NCBI GenBank assembly: GCA_045637305.1
Contig: JAZTZD010000077.1
Coordinates: forward strand, 1,999 to 65,998
DNA from: Acutalibacteraceae bacterium
GTDB lineage: Bacteria; Bacillota; Clostridia; Oscillospirales; Acutalibacteraceae
DNA: 64,000 bases
Direction: 5' to 3'
Shown: piece by piece, positions 1 through 9,454 of the stretch
How the letters are laid out: every line of letters starts with the position of its first letter
How positions within the stretch are numbered: the stretch's first letter is position 1
Program-made: the position numbers and the translations under genes
Notes under the pieces: generated by a model
Seen by the model: the letters and a program-made list of their open reading frames with translations, nothing else
Databases searched by the model: none
What the model was told of the DNA's origin: nothing

Positions 1-87
1 AAAGGCATAGCATTCTTCCATTGTCTGAAGGCTGAGAACTGCCTCAAACATAAAATCAACGTTCTTATCCTTAATTCTGTCGCTCAT
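1..87 (-). CDS. yerC: YerC/YecD TrpR-like protein, 5' part only (runs off the window)
   Basis: Manual translation of the reverse strand from ATG at 87: MSDRIKDKNVDFMFEAVLSLQTMEECYAF, matching the YerC N-terminus (LFEAILxLxxxEECYxF); AAGGAAAG RBS upstream. Not in the ORF track. Confidence 0.8.
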   Translation of the reverse strand, partial: MSDRIKDKNVDFMFEAVLSLQTMEECYAF

Positions 88-169
88 AATAAACTTTCCT
101 TTCAAAAAAAGCCTGTCAAATCGCTTTTACACTTTAACATTTTAACATATGATAACAGAAAAGTAAATA

Positions 170-1531
170 TCAAAAACCAAAAATTTTATATGAAACAGCA
201 ATCAGGACAACACTCATAACCGCAAAACAGGGATAAACGGTTGCAAGCGAAGTTTTTGTCAACGCTTCCCTTATTGTTTTTCCGCGTCTGCCTTGCTTTG
301 ACATTATCCATACCGCTTCGCCCGCAAGGTAAGGCAGTGTGCCCGCAAGAACAATTCCGAAAGCAGAAACAGAGTTTTCTACGCAAAGTATATATGCAGA
401 AACAGTAACCGCCGCAAAAATCAGGATTGATACAAAGTTCACCTTTTCAAATCGGTCAAACACAAGCTTATTCACTATAACAAAGATAAGCATAAACACC
501 GTTGCAAATTTTGCGGTATAATTATCGTCAGCAAGCACAAACATCATCGGGATAACATTATAGTATACCCTTTCAACACGGTCCACCCAAAGAGAATTGA
601 GCTTTTTTCCTTTTTTGTCGCATATAAATGAAATCAGATTGACAGATACTATACCGACAAGGCAAACGATACAGAAAACGGGAATCCAGTCCCAAAGGTA
701 TTCATTATCAATAAATTCCAATCCATCAAGCGAAGCTCTGTCATTATAAATCTCAATATAGCCGTAACCTAAACAGTATGCAAGCGACAGTCCGAATCCG
801 CCGAAAGCACCGAGAATGAATTCCATCAGCTTCCAGCCGTCAATGAGACCCTTATGATAAAGCTTGCCGAAAAGATATTTTCCGTTTTTCAGCGGGTTCA
901 CCGCCATAACATACGCACGCATTGCAACAAGCCAGCCGATTGCGCCGAAAACAAATCCGCCCGCCATAAGAATCAGGGTTAAATAATCATTCTTCAAAAC
1001 TGCCATTATTGCCATTGCAATAATTGTGAAAACATTTCCGCCCCACTCTTCTCTTCGTGTTTTCGAAAAATAGAATTTGGGAAACTTATTGTTTTTCGGG
1101 TCAATCGGTGTGTTGAACACACGGCTACCGATAATCTGCATCAAGGGAATCAGCAGGCAGAAAACATAAATGTCACTCTCGGAATAAACACCGTACGAAA
1201 GTGAAATTCCGATAAAACCGCCGCACAGCGAAAACCACAATGCTCCTTTAAGCGCCAATCCCGTATATCCTTTTTTCGGATTTTCCCCGTGAAGCACAAA
1301 GCCGATTGTTTCGCCGTAGGTTTCCGTGCCGCCGAATGTCATACCCATAAGACCCGCCGCAGCCGTGCCGAGATAACCCAGCCCCGAAAGCCAACCGAGA
1401 ATAAGACCTATCAATGCGCCGGGAAGCATTGCACCTTTTTCGCCGCCTATGAGCGACCCTCTCATTCCCCAGCCATAGCTGACTGCCAGAGTTGAAAAAA
1501 GTATACATATAACTGCATTGCCGAAACTCAT
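170..1531 (-). CDS. Uncharacterised polytopic membrane protein
   Basis: 453 aa, many hydrophobic Gly-rich helices (GWGMRG, GGEKGAMLPGA, FGGTETYG); GGAGG RBS upstream. Confidence 0.7.
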   Translation of the reverse strand: MSFGNAVICILFSTLAVSYGWGMRGSLIGGEKGAMLPGALIGLILGWLSGLGYLGTAAAGLMGMTFGGTETYGETIGFVLHGENPKKGYTGLALKGALWFSLCGGFIGISLSYGVYSESDIYVFCLLIPLMQIIGSRVFNTPIDPKNNKFPKFYFSKTRREEWGGNVFTIIAMAIMAVLKNDYLTLILMAGGFVFGAIGWLVAMRAYVMAVNPLKNGKYLFGKLYHKGLIDGWKLMEFILGAFGGFGLSLAYCLGYGYIEIYNDRASLDGLEFIDNEYLWDWIPVFCIVCLVGIVSVNLISFICDKKGKKLNSLWVDRVERVYYNVIPMMFVLADDNYTAKFATVFMLIFVIVNKLVFDRFEKVNFVSILIFAAVTVSAYILCVENSVSAFGIVLAGTLPYLAGEAVWIMSKQGRRGKTIREALTKTSLATVYPCFAVMSVVLIAVSYKIFGF

Positions 1532-1611
1532 ATTATCCCTCCTGTCAGCTTCATATTATCATATGGATAATAAAAAATAAACATATTTTATTAAAATATT
1601 TAACTAAGCAC

Positions 1612-1640
1612 TTGCACATATGATACAAAAAGTATATAAT
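1612..1640 (+). promoter_or_regulatory. SigA-type promoter of galT
   Basis: TTGCAC-17 nt-TATAAT. Confidence 0.6.
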
Positions 1641-1672
1641 GTCTATATATTTGTCGAAAGCAGAGGTTAAAT

Positions 1673-3160
1673 ATGACAGATTCATATATCAAGGCACTGA
1701 TAAACTATGCCGTTGAGCATAAGCTTATCGAAGAAAGCGACACCGTTTACTGCACAAATGCAGTTCTTGCATTGCTCAAAAAAGATGCGTATGATTCTTC
1801 GGTTGATGCCGCAGAAGGCAAGGTGAATGAAATTCTCGATGCACTTTGCGATTATGCCGCAGAAAACGGAATCATTGAAGATTCAATAACCTACAGAGAC
1901 CTTTTTGACACCGCACTTATGGGCGCGCTCACTCCCAGACCGTCGCAGGTAATCAAAGAATTCAACTCTCTTTACACAGAATCCCCCGAAAAGGCAACAG
2001 ATTATTATTACGCGCTCAGCTGTGACACCAACTATATCCGCCGTGACAGAATCGCAAAAGACCTTAAATGGCAGCACGACGGCGAATACGGTACAATTGA
2101 TATCACGGTCAATCTTTCGAAACCCGAAAAAGACCCCAAAGCCATTGCGGCGGCAAAGAATGCACCGCAGTCGGGTTATCCAAAATGTCAGCTTTGCAGA
2201 GAATGCGAAGGATATGCGGGAAGAGTTGATTTCCCCGCAAGACAGAATCACAGAATCATTCCCATCACAATAAACAATTCGGGTTGGTTCATGCAGTATT
2301 CACCGTATGTTTATTACAACGAACATTGCATTGTTTTCAACGGCGAACATACACCGATGAAAATTGACAAATCCGCTTTTTCAAAGCTTCTTGAATTTGT
2401 CACCCTCTTCCCCCACTATTTCGTAGGCTCAAATGCGGATTTGCCGATAGTCGGCGGTTCAATTCTCAGCCACGAGCATTTTCAGGGCGGCAGATATGAA
2501 TTCGCAATGGAAAGAGCGCCGCTTGAAAAAGAAATCTCATTTGAAGGTTTCGAAGACATCAAGGCAGGCATCGTAAGATGGCCGATGTCAACAATCAGAC
2601 TCACCGGCGCAAACAAAGAAAGCATCGTTGAGCTTGCCGACAAAATTCTCACAAAATGGAGAGCCTATACAGACGAAAGTGCTTTCATTTTCGCTCAGAC
2701 AAACGGTACTCCCCACAACACGATAACTCCCATCGCAAGACGCAGGGGCACCGACTATGAGCTTGACCTTGTTCTGAGAAACAACATCACAACAGACGAG
2801 CACCCTCTCGGTGTTTATCATCCTCACGCAGAGCTTCACCACATCAAGAAAGAAAACATCGGTCTTATTGAGGTAATGGGCCTTGCAGTTCTTCCCGCAA
2901 GACTCAAAAAGGAGCTTGAGGACCTTGCAAATGCAATTGTCGGCGGCAAAAACCTCCGTGAAAACGAGAAAACCGCAAGCCATGCCGAATGGGCAGAAAA
3001 GATCATTGAAGAATATCCCGCAATCAACGCAGAAAACGTTACCGATATTCTTCACGCAGAGGTCGGAAAAGTATTTTCAACTGTTCTTGAACACGCAGGC
3101 GTTTTCAAAAGAAACGCCGACGGAAACGAAGCATTTATGCGCTTTGTCAAATCAGTTTAA
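1673..3160 (+). CDS. galT: UDP-glucose--hexose-1-phosphate uridylyltransferase (class II GalT)
   Basis: NLSKPEKDPK, YPKCQLC, QYSPYVYYNEH, DLPIVGGSILSHEHFQGG and HHIKKENIGLIEVMGLAVLP motifs. Confidence 0.95.
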   Translation: MTDSYIKALINYAVEHKLIEESDTVYCTNAVLALLKKDAYDSSVDAAEGKVNEILDALCDYAAENGIIEDSITYRDLFDTALMGALTPRPSQVIKEFNSLYTESPEKATDYYYALSCDTNYIRRDRIAKDLKWQHDGEYGTIDITVNLSKPEKDPKAIAAAKNAPQSGYPKCQLCRECEGYAGRVDFPARQNHRIIPITINNSGWFMQYSPYVYYNEHCIVFNGEHTPMKIDKSAFSKLLEFVTLFPHYFVGSNADLPIVGGSILSHEHFQGGRYEFAMERAPLEKEISFEGFEDIKAGIVRWPMSTIRLTGANKESIVELADKILTKWRAYTDESAFIFAQTNGTPHNTITPIARRRGTDYELDLVLRNNITTDEHPLGVYHPHAELHHIKKENIGLIEVMGLAVLPARLKKELEDLANAIVGGKNLRENEKTASHAEWAEKIIEEYPAINAENVTDILHAEVGKVFSTVLEHAGVFKRNADGNEAFMRFVKSV

Positions 3161-3216
3161 TCGGAATCAATACCGCAAGGTATTATTATTATCATCATGA
3201 AAAGGAGACAAAACCA

Positions 3217-4095
3217 ATGAAAAAAATTCTTGCACTTCTCCTCGCTTGCTCAATGCTCTTCGCATTCGCAGCTTGCGGCGGAAACACAGACACAGAAACA
3301 ACCACAGCAGCTCCCGAAGAAACAACCGTAGCTGAAGAAACAACTCTCGCAGCTAAAGAAGAAACAACAGCAGCAGACGTTGAAGAAACAACAGCAGCAG
3401 ACAGCGAAACAACAACTGCAGCAGAAGAGGCAACAACTGTTGTTGCTCCCACAGAAGCAGCTGACATCATCGCTTACTACAACACAGCTATCAACAAGGC
3501 TTACGATGCAAGAGTAGGCTTCAACAAGGAACGCTACACTGACAACGAAACCCTTAACGCAGGTTTCCTTCTCAAAACATTCGGTAACCTTATTTATTCA
3601 TTCATGGGCATCGGTGCTGAAAACAGATACACTATGGATGTTGTTAAGGGCGACTGGACAGATGACGTTCCCCATCATTATCTCCGCAAGAGCACTCTTT
3701 CAGCAGCTGATGTAACAAAGGCAACCTGCACCGACGATAACGGCAAGTTCACAATTACACTTAACGTTAAGGGCGGCACCAGCAAGGCATCAAAATCAGA
3801 GAAATGGACCAAAGCTCCCATTGACAAGTGCGGTATCTGCGTTGGCGATGCAGACAAGAGCTACTTCGACCACAAGACTGCTCCCGTTATCTACAGTGCA
3901 ATCGGTGAAATCCTCAGCAGCGCTGTTATTGAGGAAAGCTACTCAAATGCAAAGGTTGTTGCTGTTATCGATTCCGCAACAGGTAATCTTGTAACTCTTA
4001 CTGTTGAATTCGACATCGACGTTGTTATCGAAGCAGCAGGCGGCGGTAACGCAACAGGCTCAACTCACGTTCTCTACAAGAACTTCAAATATTGA
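3217..4095 (+). CDS. Lipoprotein with an acidic E/T/A-rich stalk and an unknown C-terminal domain
   Basis: Lipobox FAAC at residue 20; repeated EETT(A/V/L)A units; AGGAG RBS. Confidence 0.75.
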   Translation: MKKILALLLACSMLFAFAACGGNTDTETTTAAPEETTVAEETTLAAKEETTAADVEETTAADSETTTAAEEATTVVAPTEAADIIAYYNTAINKAYDARVGFNKERYTDNETLNAGFLLKTFGNLIYSFMGIGAENRYTMDVVKGDWTDDVPHHYLRKSTLSAADVTKATCTDDNGKFTITLNVKGGTSKASKSEKWTKAPIDKCGICVGDADKSYFDHKTAPVIYSAIGEILSSAVIEESYSNAKVVAVIDSATGNLVTLTVEFDIDVVIEAAGGGNATGSTHVLYKNFKY

Positions 4096-4114
4096 TAAAT
4101 AATCTTACATAACC

Positions 4115-4147
4115 AAAAGGACGGAATCCTCGGATTCCGTCCTTTTC
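4115..4147 (+). terminator. Intrinsic terminator
   Basis: AAAAGGACGGAATC-ctcg-GATTCCGTCCTTTT perfect hairpin after the lipoprotein stop. Confidence 0.85.
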
Positions 4148-4156
4148 TGCAAATCG

Positions 4157-4313
4157 GGGGCTGCCTCACGGAGATACGGCTAAAAAGAAACATAAAACAA
4201 TCATTTTCTAATGCTGCGCTATAATATAAAAGCTTGCAAAGGTTAATCTTCCTCTGCAAGCCTTTTCTGTTTATATTCTGTTTCTTTTGTTCTTCGCTTC
4301 GTGAGACAGTCCC
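4157..4313. mobile_element. Putative MITE-like element or long structured RNA with imperfect terminal inverted repeats
   Basis: GGGGCTGCCTCACGGAG (4157-4173) pairs with CTTCGTGAGACAGTCCC (4297-4313) at 14/17 Watson-Crick positions; inner pairs AAAAGAAACA/TGTTTCTTTT and AAAAGCTTGCAAAGG/CCTCTGCAAGCCTTT; non-coding. Confidence 0.45.
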
Positions 4314-4318
4314 TTTTT

Positions 4319-4591
4319 CTATGTTCTTTGTCTTCTTCTGTTATTATCGTCTCTCTGGCATCGGCACACAAGAATGGTATCGTTGCCGATAACCTCGATA
4401 TCCTCCCAGCAGATGCGGATTCTCTCTCTTTTCCCGCAGATTCCGAAATATTTCGGTCTGCCGTAAATAATCAGAGCCGCAACCCTGCCGCAGCATTGGT
4501 CAACCTCAATGTCGCTCACAAGTCCGAGACGGCATCCGTTTGACTTGTCGATAACTTCCTTACACCGAAGCTCCGTAATACAGCAATTCAA
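4319..4591 (-). CDS. YlmC/YmxH family sporulation protein (PRC barrel)
   Basis: ELRCKEVIDxxNGCRLGxVxDIE...IxWEDIEVIGxDTILV; TTG start with GGGGGA RBS. Confidence 0.9.
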   Translation of the reverse strand: MNCCITELRCKEVIDKSNGCRLGLVSDIEVDQCCGRVAALIIYGRPKYFGICGKRERIRICWEDIEVIGNDTILVCRCQRDDNNRRRQRT

Positions 4592-4643
4592 AACAAATCC
4601 CCCTTTACTGAAAGTATATTCAGCAAGGAGGATTTGATGAATT

Positions 4644-5402
4644 TTATATCAGTTCTATATCAGCGTAAACTGCGTTGTGGTCAGAATAGAATTCGCCGTC
4701 AACAAGCTTGTTGATAACCTTGAAGCTCAAAGGCTTTACGGTTGCCTTGTCAACGAAAACGAAGTCAATTCTCTCTCTTATCTCTTCAGGTCTGAAGCCG
4801 TGGAAGGTGTAGCAATCATCAGTATCGGGAGCCATTTTTCTGGAATCTCCCATATTTGCGCTGACCATCACGTTATAGCATTCGGAATCCTGATAAACAT
4901 TGAAATCGCCTGTGCAGACAACAGGAAGTCCGCCGAATGATGCCGCCTTTTCCTGAATCATTTTAACGCCGTTAATCTGTGCATTGATTCCGACGTGGTC
5001 AAGATGTGTGTTGAAATGGATATATTCTTTTCCGCTTTCCTTGTGGGTAAGCTTTACGTATGTTGCGTTTCTTATGCAAGCGGCATCCCAGCCGAGTGAC
5101 GGCTTATCAGGTGTTTCCGAAAGCCAGAAGTTGCCGTTTTCACTTGCGGTAAATTCATCCTTAAGATAGAAAACAGCTGAAAATTCGCCGTCCTTGTCAC
5201 CGTCGTCTCTGCCGACACCGACATAATCATATTCGGGAAGATTTGCGCAAAGAGCCTTCATCCATTCCCAATGTGCTTCCTGAACGCCGAATGATGACGG
5301 CTTATATTCCTTGATGATACTGCAAACGAGGGGAACTCTGTTTTCCCACCATCTGTTTTCCTTGCCTGCGCAAAGAACATTGAAAGAAAGAATTCTGAAC
5401 AT
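4644..5402 (-). CDS. Endonuclease/exonuclease/phosphatase (EEP) family protein, cytoplasmic
   Basis: SFNV, GVQEA, FWLSETP, NTHLDH, GDFN, RIDFVF and SDH motifs; no signal peptide. Confidence 0.9.
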   Translation of the reverse strand: MFRILSFNVLCAGKENRWWENRVPLVCSIIKEYKPSSFGVQEAHWEWMKALCANLPEYDYVGVGRDDGDKDGEFSAVFYLKDEFTASENGNFWLSETPDKPSLGWDAACIRNATYVKLTHKESGKEYIHFNTHLDHVGINAQINGVKMIQEKAASFGGLPVVCTGDFNVYQDSECYNVMVSANMGDSRKMAPDTDDCYTFHGFRPEEIRERIDFVFVDKATVKPLSFKVINKLVDGEFYSDHNAVYADIELI

Positions 5403-6331
5403 TATTTTGTACCCCCGTTGAAAAGTGTCATTTCTACGGTAAGAGGAAAATGGTCAGATGCGAGAACGTGATCAATGAAGCCTGAATCTATTCTGCTTGA
5501 CTTGACTGAAGACACGTAAGCGTTGGTAAAAACGAAATCAATGGGCTTTGTTGACGGATAAACAACGTGATAACCGTGATATGTTGCATGATTATCAGCT
5601 TTCTTTGCAAGAAATTTTGTGTCTTTAAGTCCGCACTCAACGAGAGCGTTATAGCAGTCCGAACCTTCCGCAACATTAAAGTCACCTGTTAAAACAACGG
5701 GAATATCAGGTGCGATAGAAGCAATTTTTGCAGTGATAAGAGAAACGGATTCTGCCTGCGCTTTTTGACCTACATGGTCAAAATGAACGTTGAAATGAGC
5801 ATAAACAAAACCTGTCTCCTTGTTTTCAAGAACAGCGTAGGTACAGATTCTGGGGCATGCGGCATCCCAGCCGATTGAAGGCTCATCGGGAGTTTCCGAA
5901 AGCCAGAAATGACCCGAATCGATAAGATTATATTTGTCTTTAAGATAGAAAATTGCGCTTGATTCACCTTCTGCTATACCGTCATCTCTGTATTTTTCAA
6001 TGTGAGCATACTCAGAAAGTCCTTCAGCCAGAGTTTCAACCCAGTTCTTATCGGCTTCCTGAACACCAATGGAATCAGGCTTTTTCTCATTCATCGTGTT
6101 GAGAATATGAACAGCTCTTTTCTCAACAGCTCTGATTCCGTCGCCGCTGATTTTGAGATTATAGGACATAATCTTTACGTCCTGAGTCGCAGCGGATTCC
6201 GAAATGGGATTGGGATTGACATTGACGGGCGGAGTTTCAGGTTCAATTCCCTGCGACGGTGTCTGGGGTGCAAAAAGGGTAATAATGGCTGTTACCATGG
6301 CAACTATTGCCTGCATAATTTTAAAATACAT
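5402..6331 (-). CDS. EEP family protein with an N-terminal hydrophobic anchor
   Basis: SYNL, GVQEA, FWLSETP, NVHFDH, GDFN, PIDFVF, SDH; hydrophobic N-terminus and Pro-rich linker; TAATG overlap with the next gene. Confidence 0.9.
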   Translation of the reverse strand: MYFKIMQAIVAMVTAIITLFAPQTPSQGIEPETPPVNVNPNPISESAATQDVKIMSYNLKISGDGIRAVEKRAVHILNTMNEKKPDSIGVQEADKNWVETLAEGLSEYAHIEKYRDDGIAEGESSAIFYLKDKYNLIDSGHFWLSETPDEPSIGWDAACPRICTYAVLENKETGFVYAHFNVHFDHVGQKAQAESVSLITAKIASIAPDIPVVLTGDFNVAEGSDCYNALVECGLKDTKFLAKKADNHATYHGYHVVYPSTKPIDFVFTNAYVSSVKSSRIDSGFIDHVLASDHFPLTVEMTLFNGGTK

Positions 6332-6346
6332 TTATTTTTTCTCCTT

Positions 6347-7237
6347 TCAGTTAAAAAGCTCAAGTGTTGCAACTACGGGATGATGGTCGGATGCGTAAAT
6401 TCCGTTTATCATTTCATTATCAACAAGGTGTGTATCCACCTTTGTGCAGAAAGCGTTTGCAAAGATATAGTCAAGAGTTCTTTCCGAACCCGCGTAAGCG
6501 TGGAACGTAGTGTCCGTTCCCGAATTTTCGGCAATCGCTCTTGTGTCTTTCAGACCGCTTTCAAGAACGCGTGCGTACATATCCGTGTCTTCACCGTCGT
6601 TCAGGTCACCGCTGAGAATAACAGGCATATCGGGAGCGATTTCCTTGATTTTGCTTGCAATAACAGCAACAGATTCATTTCTCGCAACAACTCCCATATG
6701 GTCAAAATGAGCATTGAAATGAGCATATGTAAAGCCTGTTTCTTTGTCCTTGAGAACGGCATAGGTGCAGATTCTGTTCATCATTGCATCCCATCCCCTT
6801 GAGGGCTTTTCGGGAGTTTTTGAAAGCCAGAATGTGTCATATTCAACAACTTCATACTTGTCCTTTTTATAGAAAACAGGGCTTGCTTCGCCGCCGAGGT
6901 CTCTGTCTCTGCCGACACCGACGTATGCATATTCATTCTTGAGAATTTCGGGAAGTCTCTCCATCCATCCTTCATTTGCTTCCTGAAGACCGAAGGAATC
7001 GGGTGAATGACTGCGGATTTTTGAAACAACCTCATCGGTTCTGTTTTCCGCAGAAAGCTCTCCCGCGCCGCCGATATAAACATTGAAAGACATAACGGTG
7101 ATTTTCTGCGTCATTGCAGGCTCGGGAAGTGTTTCGGGATTAACAACAGGAACTGTTGTCGGTGTGTAAAACAGGGATATAACGGCGGTCAGGATTGAAA
7201 AGAAAACCGCTATGATTTTGTCGATAAAAGCCATCAT
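6347..7237 (-). CDS. EEP family protein with an N-terminal hydrophobic anchor
   Basis: SFNV, GLQEA, FWLSKTP, NAHFDH, GDLN, LDYIF, SDH; start moved to ATG 7237 (AAAGGAG RBS) from the ORF-track 7306. Confidence 0.9.
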   Translation of the reverse strand: MMAFIDKIIAVFFSILTAVISLFYTPTTVPVVNPETLPEPAMTQKITVMSFNVYIGGAGELSAENRTDEVVSKIRSHSPDSFGLQEANEGWMERLPEILKNEYAYVGVGRDRDLGGEASPVFYKKDKYEVVEYDTFWLSKTPEKPSRGWDAMMNRICTYAVLKDKETGFTYAHFNAHFDHMGVVARNESVAVIASKIKEIAPDMPVILSGDLNDGEDTDMYARVLESGLKDTRAIAENSGTDTTFHAYAGSERTLDYIFANAFCTKVDTHLVDNEMINGIYASDHHPVVATLELFN

Positions 7238-7253
7238 TTTTTGTTTTTCTCCT

Positions 7254-8768
7254 TTATATATTATTTTCAAGTGCTGAAATATCAATGATATCAATGTTTT
7301 CAGCACTTTTTATAACTTCATAAACTTCTCTGAGCATCTTTATGATGCCGCCGTCCTCATCGCTTTCGGCATTGAGAACGATTATCGGGTCGTGAACACT
7401 CAGACGGAGCAGAAACCATCCGTTTCCGCAATCTTTATCTGCATTTATTCTTATTCCCTCGTGGTTATCGGCACACGCCGTCCAGCCGCCGTGAGAAACT
7501 GCCTCATTTTCAAAAAGCGAAATAATTTTTTCGCCCTCGGCTCTGAAATCGTCGCAGAGAATTTTGAAACGCAGTTCTTTTTCTTCTTTCGGCTCACGAA
7601 GATTTGCAATCAGGTCATCAAGGGATTTACCCTCTTTCGCAAGTGCGGCTGCTTCAATAATAAGCTTTGTTATCAGATAAGCTCCGTCGTCAAGAAAATA
7701 GTTTTCCGCAAACGCGGCATGTCCCGAGGTTTCCATTGCAAGAGGACAGGATTTTCCGCCTTTTTCAAGCTCAATCTGTTTATTGATAACGTTGCGGTAT
7801 CCTCTCTTGAAACGGAGATGTGTGCCGCCGTTTTCTTTGATGAATTCCGCAAGTCCGTCGGATGTCACGCTGTCGGTAACTATCGTTCCGCCGGGACACA
7901 TATCAAGAGCAATTTTCGAAGCCAGCGCAACAAGTCGGTTTCTGTTGATTTCAAATCCGCCCTTGCCGACACAAGCAGCTCTGTCAACATCCGTATCAAA
8001 AATAACGCCGAAGTCTGCGCCCGATTCCGCCGTTGCTTTCGAAATGCACTTCATCGCCTCTGCGTTTTCGGGATTGGGTGCGTGATTTGGAAAATTGCCG
8101 TCGGGTTCAAGATAAATACTGCCGTCGATATCGGCGCCGAGCGGTCTGAGCACATCATAAGCATAGAATCCGCCCGCACCGTTTCCCGCATCAACAACAA
8201 TCTTCATTCCTCTGAGCGGATGAAGTCTGTCAGCGCCGTCATCAACACCGTTTATTATCATTTCGCGCAGAATCTCCGCGTATCTTTTCATAAACGAACA
8301 TTCAACGCATTCCGCCTGTGAATTTCCGACGGGATTCTCAATTTCGGAAGCCGTTGCAAGAATATCCGCAATGTCGCAGGAATCAAGTCCGCCGTCACGG
8401 GTAAAGAATTTGAGTCCGTTTCTGTCTTTGGGATGATGGCTCGCGGTAATCTGCACCGCACCGTCACACCCCATATCAACCGTTGTCATAAACATTGCGG
8501 GTGTTGAACTCAATCCGCAGTCCGCAACATTCACACCGTCTGACGTGAGCGCGGTTATTACAGCTTTTTTGATTCTTTCAGCCGAAAGACGGCTGTCGTG
8601 ACCGACGGAAACATCAAGCTTTTCCTTGCCTGTTTTCTTTTTCAGCCACTTCGCAAAAGCACACGCCGAACGCATAACCATTTCATCGCTCATATAAAGC
8701 GGATCTGATTCGTCTCCGAGCGCATAGCCTCTGATGTCACTGCCGCTTCTGAATCGTGAGTAATCCAT
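7254..8768 (-). CDS. Phosphomannomutase/phosphoglucomutase (alpha-D-phosphohexomutase)
   Basis: SGSDIRG, GHDSR, ITASHHP phosphoserine loop, FDTDVDR metal loop, METSGH. Confidence 0.9.
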   Translation of the reverse strand: MDYSRFRSGSDIRGYALGDESDPLYMSDEMVMRSACAFAKWLKKKTGKEKLDVSVGHDSRLSAERIKKAVITALTSDGVNVADCGLSSTPAMFMTTVDMGCDGAVQITASHHPKDRNGLKFFTRDGGLDSCDIADILATASEIENPVGNSQAECVECSFMKRYAEILREMIINGVDDGADRLHPLRGMKIVVDAGNGAGGFYAYDVLRPLGADIDGSIYLEPDGNFPNHAPNPENAEAMKCISKATAESGADFGVIFDTDVDRAACVGKGGFEINRNRLVALASKIALDMCPGGTIVTDSVTSDGLAEFIKENGGTHLRFKRGYRNVINKQIELEKGGKSCPLAMETSGHAAFAENYFLDDGAYLITKLIIEAAALAKEGKSLDDLIANLREPKEEKELRFKILCDDFRAEGEKIISLFENEAVSHGGWTACADNHEGIRINADKDCGNGWFLLRLSVHDPIIVLNAESDEDGGIIKMLREVYEVIKSAENIDIIDISALENNI

Positions 8769-8770
8769 TT

Positions 8771-9454
8771 TTATTTCTCCTTTGAAAAATATTCGTCGGA
8801 TACGGAAAGCAAGAATTCATACATCGGTGTGTATGCTTTGAATTTCTCTCTGATTATCTCAATGATTTTTTCACTTTCAAGGTCTTCAAGTCTGTCCGAA
8901 AAAGAAATGAAGCCGACATCCTTTGCATTATAGTATTCCTCGAGACCGTCGGGACAATCTGCGAAAGGTCTTTTATACTGTCTGTTAAAGAAAACCGAGC
9001 CGCTTTTTACACATTTTTCGGCTGCTTTTCTGAATTCGTCGGGTCTTTCACGCAGATTCTTTCTGTATGTTGCAAGCAGACCCGCTTCGTCACCGTAAAA
9101 ACCGATACCCATTGAATAATTTGTCGGAGTGACCTCAAACCAGAAACAGGGATATCCCACCCATTCGTGTTTGGGTCTCATAAACATTATCCACATATTC
9201 TCGCGGTAAAGACTTTTATCCTTGGTGTATCGGGTGTCACGTCGCACACGCGAAACCATTCTCGTCGGAATTGTGTTGAGCAAGGGGTCAAGAGAGAGAA
9301 GCTCTTCTCCGATAATTCCCGCAATCTGCCTCATCGGTACGGTAACTCCAGCTTTTATCTGCTCCTTGTGTTCTTCATAGTATGCCTTTGAATTTCTGAA
9401 TCTGTTATCCGCAAGCATAAAGAGAGAATCTCTTGTTATTCCGTTATACTCCAT
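8771..9454 (-). CDS. DUF2461 family protein
   Basis: NSKAYYEEHK, SRVRRDTRYTKDKSLYR motifs typical of DUF2461. Confidence 0.8.
   Translation of the reverse strand: MEYNGITRDSLFMLADNRFRNSKAYYEEHKEQIKAGVTVPMRQIAGIIGEELLSLDPLLNTIPTRMVSRVRRDTRYTKDKSLYRENMWIMFMRPKHEWVGYPCFWFEVTPTNYSMGIGFYGDEAGLLATYRKNLRERPDEFRKAAEKCVKSGSVFFNRQYKRPFADCPDGLEEYYNAKDVGFISFSDRLEDLESEKIIEIIREKFKAYTPMYEFLLSVSDEYFSKEK

Noticed and set aside
3289-3450. GAAGAAACAACAGCAGCA-like tandem repeats as a CRISPR array or VNTR
   Set aside because: They are in-frame, degenerate codon repeats encoding the EETTAA linker; there are no constant repeats with unique spacers and no cas genes.
4157-4313. Calling the long hairpin a 6S RNA
   Set aside because: The rod-and-bubble shape is suggestive, but I recognise no 6S sequence motifs and the ends look IS-like; left as an open finding.
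7392-8321. Long antisense ORFs (also 6002-6802, 13385-14242, 47427-48176, 49707-50525, 62578-63228)
   Set aside because: They lie wholly opposite well-supported genes and have no recognisable motifs; typical shadow ORFs from codon bias.
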